Below, in pieces: positions 25,662 through 27,031 of a stretch of DNA of 27,031 nucleotides (within the stretch, counting starts at the first letter, position 1; every line of letters starts with the position of its first letter). Below the pieces are notes generated by a model. That model did no database searches, was not told where the DNA came from, and saw only the letters and a list, made by a program, of their open reading frames with translations. The DNA is taken from NCBI GenBank assembly GCA_033763905.1, contig JANRJP010000125.1, forward strand, positions 1 to 27,031, read 5' to 3'. This DNA is from Gemmatimonadaceae bacterium. GTDB lineage: Bacteria; Gemmatimonadota; Gemmatimonadetes; Gemmatimonadales; Gemmatimonadaceae. The position numbers and the translations under genes were made by a program.

Positions 25662-25690
25662 AATGTGGGGGTCTTTAGCCGCCGAGTCAA
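25662..25690 (-). promoter_or_regulatory. Sigma70-type promoter of the lipoprotein gene
   Basis: TTGACT-N17-CACATT. Confidence 0.55.
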
Positions 25691-25773
25691 GGGTCACAAG
25701 GCCGATCAAGTGACGTCTTGGCAACGATTTGCGCGGGGCTCCGTCGGGGGCGTTCCGCGGAAACGAAAGTTCG

Positions 25774-25799
25774 TGAAACAGGGTTCTCCTTGGGGCGTA
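25774..25799 (+). promoter_or_regulatory. ECF-sigma-type promoter upstream of the AAA+ ATPase
   Basis: TGAAAC-N16-CGTA. Confidence 0.45.
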
Positions 25800-25874
25800 G
25801 GTCACGGGGGCTCAGCCGAGCGTCCGGCCGCCGCTTTCTTCCCCCTCCTGCCCGACCTCCGGAGTCATTCGAAC

Positions 25875-27031
25875 GTGACGTCGCTTCCGACCACCCTCGG
25901 CGCCCTTCGCCGGTCCTCCTACGGCCAGCTCGGCCCCCGCACGGTGAAGGACGAACTGCGCGCCAACCTGTTGCGCCGCCTCAAGGCCGGCGGGGCGCTC
26001 TTCCCCGGCGTCTTGGGCTACGAGGATACCGTGATGCCGCAGATCGCCAACGCGATCCTGTCGCGGCACAACTTCATTCTGCTCGGTCTCCGCGGGCAGG
26101 CGAAGTCACGCATCCTGCGCGCGCTGGTCACGCTCCTCGACGACGCAATGCCGGTCCTGAAGGGCAGCGAAGTCAATGACGATCCGTTCGCGCCGATCTC
26201 CAAGTACGGCCGGACGCTGGTGGCCGAGGCGGGGGACGACGCACCCATTGCGTGGATCGACCGCTCGCAGCGCTACGTCGAAAAGCTGGCGACGCCGGAC
26301 GTGACGATCGCCGACATCATTGGCGACGTCGACCCGATCAAGGCCGCGCGCGGCGGGCACCTGCTGTCGGATGAGCTGACGATCCACTTCGGGATGCTCC
26401 CCCGGGCCAACCGCGGCATCTTTGCCCTGAACGAACTGCCGGACTTGTCGGGCAAGGTGCAGGTCGGCCTGTTCAACATCATGCAGGAGGGCGACGTACA
26501 GATCAAAGGCTACCCCGTTCGCCTGCCCCTCGACGTGCTGCTCTGCTTCACGGCGAACCCCGAGGATTACACGGCGCGTGGGAAGATCATCACTCCGCTC
26601 AAGGACCGGATCGGCAGCGAGATCGTGACCCACTATCCGGAAGACGTGCAGCTCGGCGTCACGATCACGCGGCAGGAAGCATGGACGTCCCGCGACGGTA
26701 TCCCCGTGCGCGTACCGGCCTTCATCGGCGAACTCGTCGAGCGCATCGCCTTCGAGGCGCGCGGGGACAAGCGGATTGACCGCCGGAGCGGCGTGTCGCA
26801 GCGGATGCCGATCACGGTGATGGAGAACGTGGTCTCGAACGCCGAACGTCGCGCGGTGTTGCTGGGCGAAGCGGAAGCGGTGCCTCGCGTCAGCGACGTG
26901 TACGGCGCGCTGCCGGCGATCACGGGCAAGCTCGAGTTGGAGTACGAGGGTGAACTGGTCGGCGCGGCGTCGATCGCGCGCGAACTGATCCGGCGTGCGG
27001 CCGATGCCACGTTGCGTTCGCACGCGCCGGA
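25875..27031 (+). CDS. ChlI/MoxR-related AAA+ ATPase (often labelled magnesium chelatase-like); runs off the right edge
   Basis: Absent from the ORF track; translated by hand from GTG 25875 (GGAG SD): TTLGAL...[10 protein letters not shown]...GYEDTVMPQ...[11 protein letters not shown]...YVEKLATPD...[10 protein letters not shown]...[16 protein letters not shown]...[30 protein letters not shown]. Confidence 0.88.
   Translation, partial: MTSLPTTLGALRRSSYGQLGPRTVKDELRANLLRRLKAGGALFPGVLGYEDTVMPQIANAILSRHNFILLGLRGQAKSRILRALVTLLDDAMPVLKGSEVNDDPFAPISKYGRTLVAEAGDDAPIAWIDRSQRYVEKLATPDVTIADIIGDVDPIKAARGGHLLSDELTIHFGMLPRANRGIFALNELPDLSGKVQVGLFNIMQEGDVQIKGYPVRLPLDVLLCFTANPEDYTARGKIITPLKDRIGSEIVTHYPEDVQLGVTITRQEAWTSRDGIPVRVPAFIGELVERIAFEARGDKRIDRRSGVSQRMPITVMENVVSNAERRAVLLGEAEAVPRVSDVYGALPAITGKLELEYEGELVGAASIARELIRRAADATLRSHAP

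Noticed and set aside
25718..25732. Sigma54-like TTGGCAACGATTTGC
   Set aside because: GG-N9-GC; sigma54 requires GG-N10-GC. CGGCACATAGAGC at 21598-21610 is N8 and also fails.
25875..27031. Magnesium chelatase-like ATPase as evidence of photosynthesis alongside aerR
   Set aside because: Motifs [15 protein letters not shown] and TANPEDY fit the widespread non-photosynthetic family, not BchI (GDRGTGKS, NPEEG)
1..27031. CRISPR arrays, tRNA/rRNA, IS elements, integrases, prophage
   Set aside because: None recognised by eye; coding is dense with apparently uniform composition and the largest gap is under 300 bp

Overview
High-GC bacterial chromosomal segment of about 26 genes. Gene content and protein style suggest Gemmatimonadota (inference, not searched). 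Minus strand: partial exported c-type cytochrome (probably a cytochrome c/FTR1 iron-permease N-terminus, with a Fur-like box over its start codon) and a coupled EamA-HAD-CYTH-hypothetical-acpS operon. Next come a divergent DUF6941-like gene, an 8-Cys microprotein, an NtrC-like regulator with a broken GAFTGA loop and its cytoplasmic 2xGAF-4xPAS hybrid kinase, and a tamA-tamB-lipid kinase operon. These are followed by a MazG-like pyrophosphatase, an orphan AerR/PpaA-type B12-binding protein, a YumC-type ferredoxin-NADP+ reductase, pduO-aroB, a short sigma70 factor-receiver-LonN-degenerate HAD-ygfZ cluster, a small lipoprotein and a partial ChlI/MoxR-like AAA+ ATPase. No rRNA, tRNA, CRISPR or mobile element is seen. 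Best leads: (1) AerR/PpaA-like protein + reductase + adenosyltransferase as a possible B12 light/redox-sensing module outside a photosynthesis cluster; (2) strong enrichment of the Bacteroidota O-glycosylation motif in exported proteins; (3) the atypical NtrC-family regulator; (4) back-to-back leaderless promoters; (5) the FYVE-spaced Zn microprotein.
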